A stretch of 64,000 nt of DNA from Lepidodermella squamata. Taxonomy: Eukaryota > Animalia > Gastrotricha. The stretch covers positions 186,001 through 250,000 of the forward strand of contig JBLDXI010000012.1 in the NCBI GenBank assembly GCA_047495785.1. The letters are read 5' to 3'. The notes beneath the pieces were generated by a model. The model did no database searches. It saw nothing but the letters and a program-made list of their open reading frames with translations, and was not told the origin of the DNA. Positions 1 to 12,602 of this stretch are shown piece by piece. A program made the position numbers and the translations under genes. The first letter of the stretch is position 1; each line of letters starts with the position of its first letter.

Positions 1-1449
1 TCAAATGGTGTCGAAATTCGAAAGAAACTACCTAAATCTATCAAAAATGGCTATTTTGCCCTGGTGGGAAACTTGATGACCAGAAAAATGGTATTTTGAG
101 GATAGACGATAAGATGGGCAGAACAGCTAATACCAAAAACAGCAAATGCGACAAAACAGCAAGTGGCATAACAGCAGAAACCCGCTGAATCTTCTTCATA
201 GTAAGTTTTCGCTGTTTTGTCGCGAAATAAAAATTTGCTGTTATGTCGCATTCGCTGTTCTGAGAAGTTGCTGTTATGTCGCCGTTCAACTTTTTCATAC
301 CACACATTTTATTCAAAGAAAATTCCCGTTCAATTTACTATCGATAGGTCAAACCCTGGTCGTTCCATGGTATTCCATCCAAGTAAAATAGATCTGGACA
401 CGAATTAGGGTAACTTGGCCATATGACTATTTTTTCACTCGAAGAGGAACTATTTTTGGCAATAACAAGGATGATGATTCATCAGCCAGATTTTATTGAG
501 CATTTTACACATGAAAACTGCCAAGATTCCATATAAAATTCAGGTGACTTAAGCTCTCTTTATTTCCAAGTCAAAGGTGTCGCTTGAATGCTGCCATTGA
601 GAGGAATGATCTGTGGGTGAAAACTCCGTAGCCCTAAGATCCCAGAAACACGAGATATTGACAGCCAAAATCTCGAGGCATAAAGTCGATCAGCTGGTAT
701 TGCCGATTTAGCGTAAACATACCCTCATCTCAGGAAGACGAACAATTTGAACGGAACAACACGTGGCTGCACGAAGATGGCACCGTGTCGCAAGTAACGA
801 CGCGATTTACCGAATGTGAAAATGAAGCGCCGTTTATGTACAGGCGCCTGGCCGACGCTGCGGCAAATGGGCTGCGCATCACCATGCCGCTGCTGGCAGT
901 GCCCTCCTGCTCCTTAAACCGGCATCCGTTTTACCCGATAGAATGCCAGACGAAGGGGCACTTCACACCCTGAATTACCGTACGGGCGAATCATCTTCAT
1001 GGAGCCGATCATGCGCCTAGCGCTGCATCGTAGCAGGCTGGAACAGGTGCTTGGCACGATGGACATCCCGCGACTTGAGTACTGTTCCTTAACATGGAAT
1101 GCGCGCATTACCCTGCCAGCACGATTCAACCTGAGGCAGATTCCGCCATTTTCCTGTTCGCTGAGTTGGAAGAGGTGGCGTTGATAAGTAACGATTGGCG
1201 GTGCGAGCATTTTGTTAGTGGAGGTACTCGGTAGGTTCCACGCAACCGAATGGCCGACTGCCAAATTTTTCTTGATGACCGAATGAACATGAGACAGATG
1301 AACGCGACTGGATATCTGGTCACTCCCAGCATACCGTACAACTTTCCCGACCAGCCATTATAAGTCGGCTTATGAACTTTTTTAAATTCTAATTCTACTT
1401 TTAGAGCATAATAGATTCATCTACTAAGCCGTGTTGTATTTAAATATCG

Positions 1450-1587
1450 TTAGCGTCGTTGAATCTTGTTTACGTCAGCTTCAAATTGAAAGAGCGGCTT
1501 ATTACGTGTGAATGATGAAACAAATGACCTTTCACCTTGAAACTGTCGTAAAAAAGCCTATAAATCCGAGGTATTCAACGACGCTAA
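1450..1587. repeat. Perfect 15-bp inverted repeat (possible MITE remnant)
   Basis: TTAGCGTCGTTGAAT (1450-1464) / ATTCAACGACGCTAA (1573-1587). Confidence 0.5.
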
Positions 1588-1738
1588 AGTTATCACCTTT
1601 TTGTCATTGTCATTGAAACGATTCAAGGGGAAAGGTGTAAAAACGCGTCCAGTCTTTACACCAGTGCAAAGATGACCAGTGTTTACGTCCTCATGCTGGC
1701 GACTGGCCAATTAAGTTGCCAGTTAGGCATGGAATGTG

Positions 1739-3521
1739 CCCAGTCGGGAGTGTCCAGGCCTATTCTGGGTTTTTAGACCTGGAAGAGGCCCAAAAGAAGC
1801 CTGAGTTTTCAGTACATTTTTCGTGGATTTTTGCTGGGCCTGGAAGTGGCCTCAAAATGGCCTGAGATTCTAACGCATTTTTTGAGAGTTTTTCGCCAGG
1901 TCCGATCTGGGCCTAAAAATATAACGCAACTGCAACTAACTGCAAGCCTAATATGGACTCACTGCAATGCGCGGATCGCGGATTTTCACTGTAGTAGCTC
2001 AATGATTACACAGGATTATTTGAAGGGAAGTTTCACAGTTCACAGTTTTACAGGGAGTTTTCACACATATCCCAACTCTGAGCTAATAAGGTAATTTTTA
2101 CTCGCAAGTGTACATAAACTCGCTCATATTGCTGCTCCCGCTGATTATGTAATCCTGTTCTGTCGTGAATTGTCGCAATCTGTCGTTCGAGGCAAACCTA
2201 TCCATCGTAGCAGACATCAACGGTAGTGCTCGTAAACGAGCAGGCGTACGGATTCTTGTACGCTTGTTGGAGTTTAAACTAACCCATCGTGGAACAATTA
2301 AAGTGGAACAATTGGAATTCCATGATCAGCTATTGCGGGTATATCGTGTGGAAAAACACCCATGTTTTACATGTAAATATGTATGCGCGAGTTTAAAGTT
2401 TCAAAAAGATCCGCCATAATGAAAGTTTTGCGACAATCGACGAACAAATAAAGAATTATAACTTCAAGTTTTAAGTAAGAGTTTCAGCTCTGATAACTCT
2501 ATTCTCTGTATCTATGTCCATTTCATTCTCATCGCTTTGAATCTTTTGACGTGGGACTCGCCAGCGAGTTTCTTTCTTTTATTTGCCAGTTGGGAAATAT
2601 TTCTCTTCGTAAACCTCTCAACGACGAAAATTCAACTGAATCGAGTGGAACATCGATGGCAGAACGAATTCAATCAAGTAACGGCATAACATTCATGCCC
2701 ATGTTTTACAAATTTTTCTATTTTTCGATCAGATAGAAGGGCGAAGCTGCGATTATTGGCCCCGTTTCAGGCGAATCAATCAAAACCAAGCCAAGTACGG
2801 AAGAACGAAGAAAACGCACATGTCCTCATATAGGTCCCTGTAAAGGTAGTAAATGCACTGATATTTCTTAATTCCAATTTAAGATTCCACTTTCAGAAGG
2901 CCGACGACATCGAAGGTCGAAGATGATTTTGGAAAGCATGGTTCGCACCCGTTCAACAGTCAACAGTATCAGCATGCCCAGTTATCGTCTAGCAAATATC
3001 GAAGCCTACAGCCAACAAGACGCCCTTATCGAACAAAGCACAAAGCAATGAAAGCAATAACGAATCAGCCGGGGATACTCCGAATGAGGAATGGAAGCGT
3101 TTATTTGAATGAAGACTACCAATTCGACTACGGAGTGAGCTCAGATTACCCAGAACAACGCTTACTCTTCAAGCGAGGACGAGGACAGCGTTAGAGAGAT
3201 TGGCTTGGCTTCAACTATCATTCGCGTTTAAGCTTACTCGGGCTATTCTAATATGGCTAATTAATGGAATATATAAAAAATAAAGTTAAATGCTGTATAA
3301 ATGCAACTCAGGTGTATTATATAAGTGTAAAACGGGTGGCAATGCAGGGTGGACCGAAGGGCACTCTTTTTACTTTTTATGAATTTATGCCTGAAACAGG
3401 CCCAGAGTAGGCCCTGGGTCTCTCGATTTAGGCCTAAAAATCTGCAAAACGTAGGCCTGAAGTGGGCCTTTACCAGGTATTTTGTCCAGGCCTGGAATAG
3501 ACCTGGACACTCCCGACTGGG
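1739..3521. mobile_element. Non-autonomous/degenerate TIR DNA transposon (CCCAG termini, CMC/EnSpm-like)
   Basis: 27-bp TIRs with 1 mismatch: CCCAGTCGGGAGTGTCCAGGCCTATTC (1739-1765) and GAATAGACCTGGACACTCCCGACTGGG (3495-3521); TG flanks both ends (possible 2-bp TSD); AGGCC/GGCCT-rich subterminal regions; no intact transposase ORF. Confidence 0.75.
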
Positions 3522-4507
3522 TGGTCATCTAGCCAACAGAGGAAATAAATATCTAAGAATTGTACTTATTGTTTGCATCAAACCCATCCAGCCGCTGTGG
3601 AAAACTTGTAAAAATCGTCGTTTTATGCAAACAATAAAACCTTTGCTTCACACATTCAGTATTGGACTCAGTACTACAGTAAAATGATGTATACTTTTCG
3701 AATTCGGGGAAATGAAGGTTGTAGCAGAGGTGCAAAGGAATGCTTTTGAGAAAGATACACTTTTGGAAGTTTAATCCGCGATGAGGTGACTCTTCCGGTA
3801 TAATAGTCCGCATCACTGGAAAATGTTGCTTTCACGGAAAGTAAAAATTAAACTGTTTCATGGCATAGGTAGTGAAAGCTAAGAATCGTGATTTCCCATC
3901 TCAATTCCGAGAAGTTCACAGAATCCCACTTGTTTTGCTTAAAAATGTGTCTTCATTATGACATTTGAAACTCTGGGAGTTCCAAGACAGGATAACCAAC
4001 TTTTTTGAGGCCTTCTATCCGAACCACGCCTTTTTGTGTGCTTAGGACCTCTGGGATGAACGGACCACTCATTCGCGCGGGCACGGAAAGCGGAAATAGA
4101 GGCTGACACTAATTACACTTGTCATCATAGCATACCTCGCAAAGAAAGCAACTCCGACCGATATGTCTCTTAATTAGCCTACTCCTGAACACTGTCTGTC
4201 GGAGCTTCTAATTGGTCACGCCTGTCAGTTCTTAAATAACTTACCGTATCACATGAGTTTGACACGTTGCTAAAAATAACCACTGCTCTCGATGTGAACT
4301 AAACCTTGAACTTATGGGAGATGTTGCGAGGATTATAGGAGACGTTTCCAAAATTTAACTTTGTCCTAAGGTAACGAGCCATGTCACGAATGTCAAGCAG
4401 GAATGCAAGTATCGGAAATGTTACTAGAACAGATTTGATTGACATTGATGAACTGGAAGATCATCCTCGATTGCAAATTCATATCATTCATCATTTTTAT
4501 CTTCAAA

Positions 4508-4909
4508 ATGCTACTTCAAATAACGCTTTTTGCTACAATTTTCCTAACACTGCATCACGCAGTCGAACTGCGGCCTATAAACCCAGAAAAACAGGCGAAA
4601 GCGAGGCAAATTTTGCAGCTGATGCGGAGTCGAAGCGAAGTTCCAAGCGATAATAGGCGTTACCATTGGCAGACGGAAATAACCTCGGGGCAGATCGAAA
4701 GCCACGCTCCTCTCGTCGAGGCCTACGTTCAACTCCTGCAGGCTCAGATAAACGCCCTGGAACGGTTTCTTCTCGTCGACAGGCCGGCGGAGGATCGGGA
4801 GAAATCGCGGCAGGATATCGAGCGAGCGATTTTAACGATTAAAATGGAAATCTGGCGAGTCGCCTTCCTAGTTCACCGGAGCAGGTCTCGAGCTGATCGC
4901 GCGGTGTGA
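4508..4909 (+). CDS. Secreted small protein, helical, HWQ..AY..WR type
   Basis: caaaATG at 4508; signal peptide MLLQITLFATIFLTLHHA; AATAAA at 4981. Confidence 0.8.
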   Translation: MLLQITLFATIFLTLHHAVELRPINPEKQAKARQILQLMRSRSEVPSDNRRYHWQTEITSGQIESHAPLVEAYVQLLQAQINALERFLLVDRPAEDREKSRQDIERAILTIKMEIWRVAFLVHRSRSRADRAV

Positions 4910-4992
4910 TTTTTTTTAGACAACAAAACTTTATTATTCGAAATATGAACAAAGCAAATTATTAACTGTTTTTCAATAAGAATAAAATGAAA

Positions 4993-5418
4993 TTAATGTC
5001 CTTGGAAGGAGTGTTCTTTTTGAGTAACAGTTGATCGCGAACGGCCTTTCGAGCCGCGAACGCCGCTTTTCGCTACTCCCCCGGAGCCGAAGTTAACTTT
5101 CAGCTGAGATAAAGGCTTTTTCTTGGTATTCTTCGTATTGGCCGTTGGTGGGATGTTGTTGAGAACAACCGTTATCGGTGCTTTGTCGTGGTTGTGATCG
5201 GTGTGAGGCCTGCTTGAGACGGCTGTTTCTACCTTTGTATCCTTAACAGGTTTGCGAGTTCCAGAATGAACCATTCGATGAATCGCTGAGCTTCCAGATG
5301 TTCTAATAGCTGAATCGTCGTTATTCGCAGAGTTGTTGTTGTCCACTTGAAAATGGCAATCGACCTGACTCCAGACCAGGCCGAATAAAATGCATGATAT
5401 TTTCAAGAAAGCAGACAT
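4993..5418 (-). CDS. Secreted peptide precursor, basic/low-complexity
   Basis: aaaATG; signal peptide MSAFLKISCILFGLVWSQVDC. Confidence 0.8.
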   Translation of the reverse strand: MSAFLKISCILFGLVWSQVDCHFQVDNNNSANNDDSAIRTSGSSAIHRMVHSGTRKPVKDTKVETAVSSRPHTDHNHDKAPITVVLNNIPPTANTKNTKKKPLSQLKVNFGSGGVAKSGVRGSKGRSRSTVTQKEHSFQGH

Positions 5419-6643
5419 TTTTCGCGGTCAAAGTGAAATTTTGTCTGCTGAAACGCAATCAAAGCGAAAAAATAACCGACTGATCTGTCGAGGATGAAGC
5501 TGGAGACTTCTGAGATCGATATAGCCGTAATTACCCTTATCCAAGAGAGGATCGTATTTTTTATTGAGGTTTATACTCTCCGCACCACGCGATATTTTTT
5601 GTTCGATTTCGATATGTGCACGTCCTGTATTCTCGATTATGAGAAGCTGCCTACTCACTTTATGAAATAAATCACTCAATTTTGATTTTTTTCAGGAATT
5701 TTCTATATAAGGGCGCGAAGGTCACGAGAGATCAGACGTTTTTTGATGAGTTCCTATCAAGTAATCAAAAATTTATTTTAAGGGTTTTTCATCCTTTGAG
5801 TCATTAAATTATCGGACTTGAATTGAAATTGCCGGTTATCTTATGTATGGTGTCTCCAATTTTGCGGGGATATAGGTCATTTTAGGAATTACTCCGTGAA
5901 AATTATCCCAACTAGAGACATTTCTCGAGAGCAAATTTGAGATCAAAACCGTCTATTTTGAAATCTTGCAGTTTTTCTATTCCGCGTTGTCTGATATTTC
6001 CCTCCTCGGTATAACTCACCTTCGATTGTTAATGGTATGGGGAACTAGGATAATCTAATATTCCGAAAACTCAAAACTTCGGACAGCTATATTGAAAAAA
6101 CGGCGTGCATATTCGCATTTAAATAAGTACGCTTGTTTGACCATTTGCACTTATAAGAGGTTCCAGTAGCTGATAATTGAACATTTCTTTGCTCAAAATA
6201 TTCTACGTTTGAAACTGAGTAAGGCTCATAATTCACCTGGTTGGGAAAAACGATCTGGCCTAGAAAATAGCTTACCTATTTTTGATTGATTCCATCATTA
6301 CAACTGAATCTTTAGAGCTTCCTGACCTTTTTGAAAGGTTCCATTGCGACTTCATCACTTATAAATTCATTCTCTGGAATCGCTTTTTCCATCCAGGTAA
6401 GGTATGAGACTTACTCAGTTTCAAACGTGGAATATTTTAAGCGAAAATCTTTCAATTACCTGCTACTGGAACCCCTTTTAAGTGTAAATAGTAAAAAAAC
6501 GCTTACTTATTTAAGTGCGAATTTTACGACCCTTGAAAAAATCCGCCTTAATTTCGGAAATTATTCTCAGTCTGATTTATTTGAGAAAGTTCGAAGAAAC
6601 CAGTAAAAACCAGCCGATTTTCTATAGGGGATGATTCAAAATA

Positions 6644-7045
6644 TCAGTGATAACTAGGCAGGGCATGATATCTCTGCTTGCGCCTAGGTCCGTTCAGCTT
6701 CGGGCTAGTTTTGTTCCATTTCGCTATTTTCTCGTGAATCGCCATAAGATTAGCATAGTAGGCTTGAGTATTCTTCGGACTCGGCTGTGTCGCCTTGATA
6801 TCGTCCGCATTTTTCCTCTCAAACGGCTGAGAAGTCTTCATAACCATGAGCATAGGATGGTTCAGCACGTGGTTGTTTGTTAGATGCAGCGGCTGCCAAG
6901 TATCCTGGACCGTTCTAGTATCATAATTCACAAACTGCTGCTGTCTAGCGGCGGCGTCCTTGAAGTCAGACGATTGCATTGTCTCGATTGTCATAAGGCA
7001 TAATAACGACTGAAGAACTCGGCCAATCGAATGTTTATTCATCAT
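6644..7045 (-). CDS. Secreted peptide precursor (PxLM..[KR]T pair)
   Basis: Weak signal peptide (VLQSLLCLMTIETMQS); motif shared with neighbour at 7373. Confidence 0.7.
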   Translation of the reverse strand: MMNKHSIGRVLQSLLCLMTIETMQSSDFKDAAARQQQFVNYDTRTVQDTWQPLHLTNNHVLNHPMLMVMKTSQPFERKNADDIKATQPSPKNTQAYYANLMAIHEKIAKWNKTSPKLNGPRRKQRYHALPSYH

Positions 7046-7372
7046 CGTGAACTCAAAAAAGCTAAAAAAAAATGAGCCGAAGTGTCGAGCTTTTCCCTCC
7101 TACTCGTTCTCGCGTGGACACTAATAAAGGGTAATAAAATAACAAAAAATCAGGAAATGGCGCGTAAGCGGCGCTTTTAGCAAACCGAAAAGCTTTGATA
7201 AACTTCCGCTGATTTTTTTTTTATGCTGGGCACGATTCACACCTAGAAACTTATAATTGAAATATCTGAGTGATCAGTCAAAAAAAAATCATCCGATGAA
7301 TTATATTTCATTTTATTGTTTTTATTCAATATTGATCTCAAAGCTTCATTGATTAAAAAATCAATTTTGACC

Positions 7373-7714
7373 TTAATTAAGTTTTAAGGAAGACGTCTTG
7401 CGGGCAGGCAGTTTTTGATTGATGTAAAATACAAGTACGTCCTTTCGCGGCTTATTTTGGCCGAAATTATTCACGCGATCAACGCGCAGTTGTACTGAGT
7501 TTGCCGGGGCTGTTGGTTGTTGAAGAGACTGCTCAGCAGGCGGTTTTCTCTGGGTGTTCCTCGACGTCGTTCGAACAATCATGAGAGCTGGATAATGAAC
7601 ATTTCGACCTTTCGATTGCACCGGCGCAACTACCGTCGCATCATTTGCCTCGCAATTCAACAGCAGCTGGTTGATATAGATCACAAAAATCAAAATTATT
7701 GAGGTGGGGTGCAT
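7373..7714 (-). CDS. Secreted peptide precursor (PxLM..[KR]T pair)
   Basis: Signal peptide MHPTSIILIFVIYINQLLLNCEA. Confidence 0.75.
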   Translation of the reverse strand: MHPTSIILIFVIYINQLLLNCEANDATVVAPVQSKGRNVHYPALMIVRTTSRNTQRKPPAEQSLQQPTAPANSVQLRVDRVNNFGQNKPRKDVLVFYINQKLPARKTSSLKLN

Positions 7715-8043
7715 TATATATAATTCGGATCGAAAAAACAAGCGGTGTGATTGAATCCTGTGAAAATAACAATCGAGACGACTGGCTACTACTCCGAAAC
7801 GTGGGCGTGTCTCACGAATTTCAGCGGAAATAGCCGTTTAGCTGAAGAAACTGAGAAATCCGCCCGAATTTTCTCCCAAACACAAATAAGAAGTCAACAT
7901 TTAATGACCCGGAAATAACGCGCCTTCAATAACACATATGATTTTATTCAAATTGAATCAGAATCACGGCTATATTGAATCAGTGCATGATTTGTTTTGA
8001 GTGTAGCGTAGTTTTCGGGGGAGGTGTTTTGATCTACTTATTA

Positions 8044-8337
8044 TCAAGCTGCGATGAAGACGTTAGGGTAAATAGACTTTTTCCATCGCATCGGCCCTGC
8101 AAAAGCGCCAGCCGTTCGCTGAACCCCGAAGAAGCCTTTATGGGCTGCAGGTCGGCCGAAAGCCGGGGCCGAGTTCATTTTTTGACGTATATGCATGGCT
8201 TGCCACTTGCTGTTAGCCATAGCAAACTCATCGTCCAGATCAACATCGGCATTTTTAGAATTTGTTGGCCTTAATAGAACAAAGACAATGATACCGAACG
8301 CAACAAATAGCGAAAAATATCGGTTTGAATAAAGCAT
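8044..8337 (-). CDS. Secreted peptide precursor
   Basis: aaaaATG; hydrophobic N-terminus FSLFVAFGIIVFVLL; acidic then basic segment; TATAAA ~80 nt upstream. Confidence 0.8.
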   Translation of the reverse strand: MLYSNRYFSLFVAFGIIVFVLLRPTNSKNADVDLDDEFAMANSKWQAMHIRQKMNSAPAFGRPAAHKGFFGVQRTAGAFAGPMRWKKSIYPNVFIAA

Positions 8338-9375
8338 TTTTTCCGTTTAGTTTTTAATCAAAAATATGTATGCGCAATTTTTTTCCTAAACGGCTGTTAA
8401 TTAAAACCGCCAGCCTTTATATGGCCGTGTAAATTCGTTTTAATTTGAGGTAAAACGGAAGAGCATACTTGTAGATGCAAAAGAGAGTGGGCTGACTTTT
8501 GAGGTTTATTATTTTCATATTTCAATCAATAATGCAACTGCCGACCGCTTTGTTAATTAAACAGGTTCCAATGTGATGATGACCAGGGACCACGGATCAA
8601 CGAAACTGTGTTTTAATGGCATTTGGGATTAAAAAGCTTTAACAAAAGTAGAATGACGTCCACGGTAAAAATCAATTACGAACGAGGATATATAAACAAA
8701 TAAAGCTCATGCATTATTTTCAGTTCGGTAACTTTACTTCCAGTTAAAATTAGGACGTCTTCCAATTTTCCTCTGTCCTCAATAACGAGATCAGGACGTG
8801 AGTTATTCCAATATTCAGCATTCATCTTTCAAGGCCTCGTAAATCTGGTTGAAAATCCGTTCCTACGCGGACGGATATTTTATTTCTAAAAATAACTGCG
8901 CAAGATTGATAGCGGATATCTTTAATGAGCTCGAAAAATTGACCTAAATCCTACGCAGATGCTTTATATAAAATCCGCAAACCGGAGCAAGGTGTCATTC
9001 GCAGGTCTATGACCGGTAATTGCGCGAAGTTTCCATGGGTGAAAAAGCGGTGTGCCATAATTACGTCATTTCGACTTGGCTGTGCCCTCACTCTCCCACT
9101 AGCCACTCGAAATAACTCATTGCGGAGATAATTACTTTTTTCCATGCCATAATAGTTTACGAGTGGTTCTCTCGCCCTGATTTCAGGCCACGTATCGAGA
9201 GCACTTGTAAGGGAAAATTCTTTTCTAAAGCATAATTTAATATTCTCCACTGCAATTTTCTCGCGTAGCGCATATTCCCCGCATTTGAATAAATCCTATT
9301 GTTTCCGAATCATCTGCATTACAACCGTCCTCCTACAAATTGTTACATTTTCTATTAAACTAGAATTTTCAAAAA

Positions 9376-9702
9376 ATGTACGCTATCGCAGTTGTTTTGA
9401 TAATCGCTCTTGGATCAAGCGATGCTAACACCATTGCTGATAAAGATGACCTGAACTTCCACTGGCAGGCGCCGACAATGACTGTCGACTCTAAGGAGGA
9501 GTCGCAAAAACTGCTCGCAGCCTACTACGCGCAAACTCTGGACACCCTGAAGGAGATGAATAATAGCGGAGCTTTGGGCGAGCCTCAGTCCGACTACGAA
9601 CTCGAGACTACGGCCTATGCTATTGCCCTCAAGTACTGGCGAGATTACATCAAGTCGAACCAGGCCATCAAATCCATGGCGGACCGATATGTTCCTTACT
9701 GA
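9376..9702 (+). CDS. Secreted small protein, helical, HWQ..AY..WR type
   Basis: aaaaaATG; signal peptide MYAIAVVLIIALGSSDA; AATAAA at 9763. Confidence 0.85.
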   Translation: MYAIAVVLIIALGSSDANTIADKDDLNFHWQAPTMTVDSKEESQKLLAAYYAQTLDTLKEMNNSGALGEPQSDYELETTAYAIALKYWRDYIKSNQAIKSMADRYVPY

Positions 9703-9790
9703 ATTGAACTGTTTCACACACCTGCTAAAAGCGTTTTATTGTCTATCGAAAAGGATCAGTATAATAAAGTTTCGCTAATTATTGTTGCTA

Positions 9791-10123
9791 TTAATTGCTA
9801 GCCTTCGACAACGTTAGTGGGGGCTTGAGCGATGGCAAACGGCGGTGGTTAGATTTGGCAATAGCGTGTTTCGGATCGTTGTTTAAAACAGCTCGCATTT
9901 GAGTTGGACCGAAATTTCCGGTTCGCTGTTGATCAGTCCAGGTGAGATCGGCCGTAGCCAGATCTGTTGGTCCGCGAAGGTTGTCCCGCCATCTCGGATG
10001 ATTTGAACTTCGCAAGAGATAACGCTCGGTTTTAGGGTCCAACACCATAATGTCTCTGGCTAGGGCTAACCTTGCGTTGAAGCAGGCGAATATCAGTAAA
10101 GCAACTGAATTCAAGCGCGTCAT
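9791..10123 (-). CDS. Secreted peptide precursor
   Basis: Signal peptide MTRLNSVALLIFACFNARLALA. Confidence 0.8.
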   Translation of the reverse strand: MTRLNSVALLIFACFNARLALARDIMVLDPKTERYLLRSSNHPRWRDNLRGPTDLATADLTWTDQQRTGNFGPTQMRAVLNNDPKHAIAKSNHRRLPSLKPPLTLSKASN

Positions 10124-11724
10124 TTGTTGATGAAATGAATGAAATTAAGTTCAGCTTCAGTTCACTTCCCCTGTGTCTACTGCATCACTACGCATTCACT
10201 GTCAGAAAGTGAAGCTTGACAGAGATTCATGGACAAAATGCTGACTTTGAAGGTACAGGTTGTCAGCTATAGGGTTACCCGCAATAACTATAGAAACGGG
10301 CTGTATAGTCCTTAAGTCGCACTTGCTATCATTTTAATTATCATCATTTGAAATCATATGACCAATCAATTTCTTCGACGTCATCAATCTGCTGAGTTTC
10401 TCGCTAATGAACGAACATGGGCCCACCTTGACAGACATCCCAAGTTGTTCAAAAACGTCAAACAAAGTTGAAAACTTTGATTGAAATGTGAAATTATCGA
10501 TAAAAATGTTTCACCCATCGACGTAAGTAGCTAGAAAAGAGTTTTACAAGAGAAATTTCCTATGAATATTTATTTTCGGTAATTTTTTGAAAACTAAAAA
10601 CTACCCCCGAATGTCACTTTTTGGGGGTTCAAAAATGGGCGTTTACGGCTTGACCCCAAGACCACATCCTTGATCGGACTATCGCTTTCTTTGGTGGAAA
10701 TGATAGAACTGAGTCCATATTGCCACCGTTTGAAAAGATTTTCTTTCAAAAGCCACAGTTCACAAATTATTCATGGGTTTCGGATGCATTTTTCGGGATT
10801 CTGTTTTTGAATATGGCTAAGTGCAAAGGCTGAAATCGTTGCTAAGTTTTTTCAAATTAGTTCAAAGCAGCCTACGAAATTTCCCCATTTTTTTCATACG
10901 AAGCGCGAACACGGTTTCTCATCCGAAATGACGGCTGGAATGACGGCTGGGTGGCTTAGGAACAAAATTTCATTTTATAAGTCACATTTTAGGTTGTCGG
11001 ATGAAACAAGACATATGTCTGATAAAAAAAGTTTTCCTCACTTTGACATGCTCCCTCCCTATATTTCTCAAAATTAAGTGCTTCTACAAAGGCAATAAGG
11101 TAAGAGAAAAGAGAACCGCGCAAGGTGCAATTGATTTGGTTTTTGTTACAATTGTGCGAGATCGTGCTCCATTTCCTTTCAAATAACGGACCAGAATGAT
11201 GAACTTTTCACGGACTCTTCAAATAAACAGCTTGGATGAAAGTAGGATAATTTGAAGAATATGAATACATTCCTGAGGTGACTTCAAACAAGGACATTCT
11301 TATATTAGTGCAAAAAAATTAGAGAAAAAATGAGCAGTTGGCACAAGTTGGATGGATCCAAAATATTTTTTCGAACATTGTTCTCACAACTTTTCTCGTC
11401 CTAAAATTTCATTAGAATTCTAATTAGCACCTCATAAATATTTATACTTTTAAACCTATTAAAACTCCCGGAGGAACTTTCCCTATTTTTGTTTTTTTCG
11501 AACCCAAGCTGGAGGGTGAAATTAGTGCGTGCGAGTTATTTTTAGCTTCAGCTCAAGGGGCTCCTAAACGTGCGCGTCTTCTGAATTTCACTGTATTGCT
11601 TAGGACACGTCGTGTTCAAGAACAAGATGTCTTTGCAAGTGTTTGGTGTCAAGAACATTGAAAATGAATCATCTCAATCAAACGAGCTATGGCTTAGTTA
11701 TTGAAGTGAAGGAAACATCGCTCG

Positions 11725-11860
11725 ATTGCCAAAAATCGGGAAAAATCGTAAAATCACCAAAATTTGCAGATAAATCGGTAAACACACCTTGTCTCAAATA
11801 TCATACATTTCTGAATAAAGGCCGATTTTAAACATGGTTTCACCAACTTCGCCTTATTTC
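11725..11860 (+). repeat. Dispersed repeat copy (homologous to ~30735-30880 on the minus strand)
   Basis: AAAAATCGGGAAAAATCGTAAAATCACCAAAATTTGCAGATAAATCGG..ACACACCTTGT..ATTTCTGAATAAAGGCC aligns to the reverse complement of the second copy; boundaries approximate. Confidence 0.65.
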
Positions 11861-12051
11861 AAGGTATATTAGGTGAGAGAATGTTTGTTTAGATAATATA
11901 TTACTACACCAGTAAGTGAACGTTGAGATTAAGATCGGATTAACTCGTAAACAAGTCTCAACCCGAGTTATTCAAACACTCATCAAAAGAACTGAACGAG
12001 TCATAGCTATAATTTTTATTTGGCTAATATATTTCGGGCGAAAATGCTAGC

Positions 12052-12378
12052 CTAGGCAATATCTACGAGGAATTTTCGTAATCGTTGGTCGATTCTGCGG
12101 AATTTTTCTTCAGTGGACACTCCGCTGTTGTCTGGCAGCCGCTTCAATATCGGTAAGGTTCTGAGAGCTGCCGGGACGAATCGCGATTTCGAAAATATTC
12201 TCTGAGGAACCGTTGAATCTATCGCAATAGGAGGGTCGAAGCCGATTGGTCGCAACAAGTCGTTGCTTGGTAGAAAATTCATAGAACTCAACTGTTGCCG
12301 GTATGGCGGATTCCAACTAGCAGGAGCCCCCAAAGCTCCGGCGAGTAAAAATACAAAAATCACGTAGATATTGAGCAT
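12052..12378 (-). CDS. Secreted peptide precursor, VPAA family
   Basis: aaaATG at 12378; signal peptide MLNIYVIFVFLLAGALG; SRFVPAALRTL; KR/RR sites. Confidence 0.85.
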   Translation of the reverse strand: MLNIYVIFVFLLAGALGAPASWNPPYRQQLSSMNFLPSNDLLRPIGFDPPIAIDSTVPQRIFSKSRFVPAALRTLPILKRLPDNSGVSTEEKFRRIDQRLRKFLVDIA

Positions 12379-12602
12379 TTTCCTGCGCAATGAGGCTAAA
12401 TTCCCGGGCCCATATATACCCAGGTGTTTTGCGGATATCAACCGAAGCATGTAACGAATAATAATTGATAGTGCCCGGGGTCATCGTCTGGCCAGTCACG
12501 CGGAAAAACGCAATTCTCAATACAGTCGATCTTTTAATTGAGATTCAAGGGAATTCACAAACAAAATAATGGATAATTTTATATAGAGGTGTTGACCATT
12601 AT

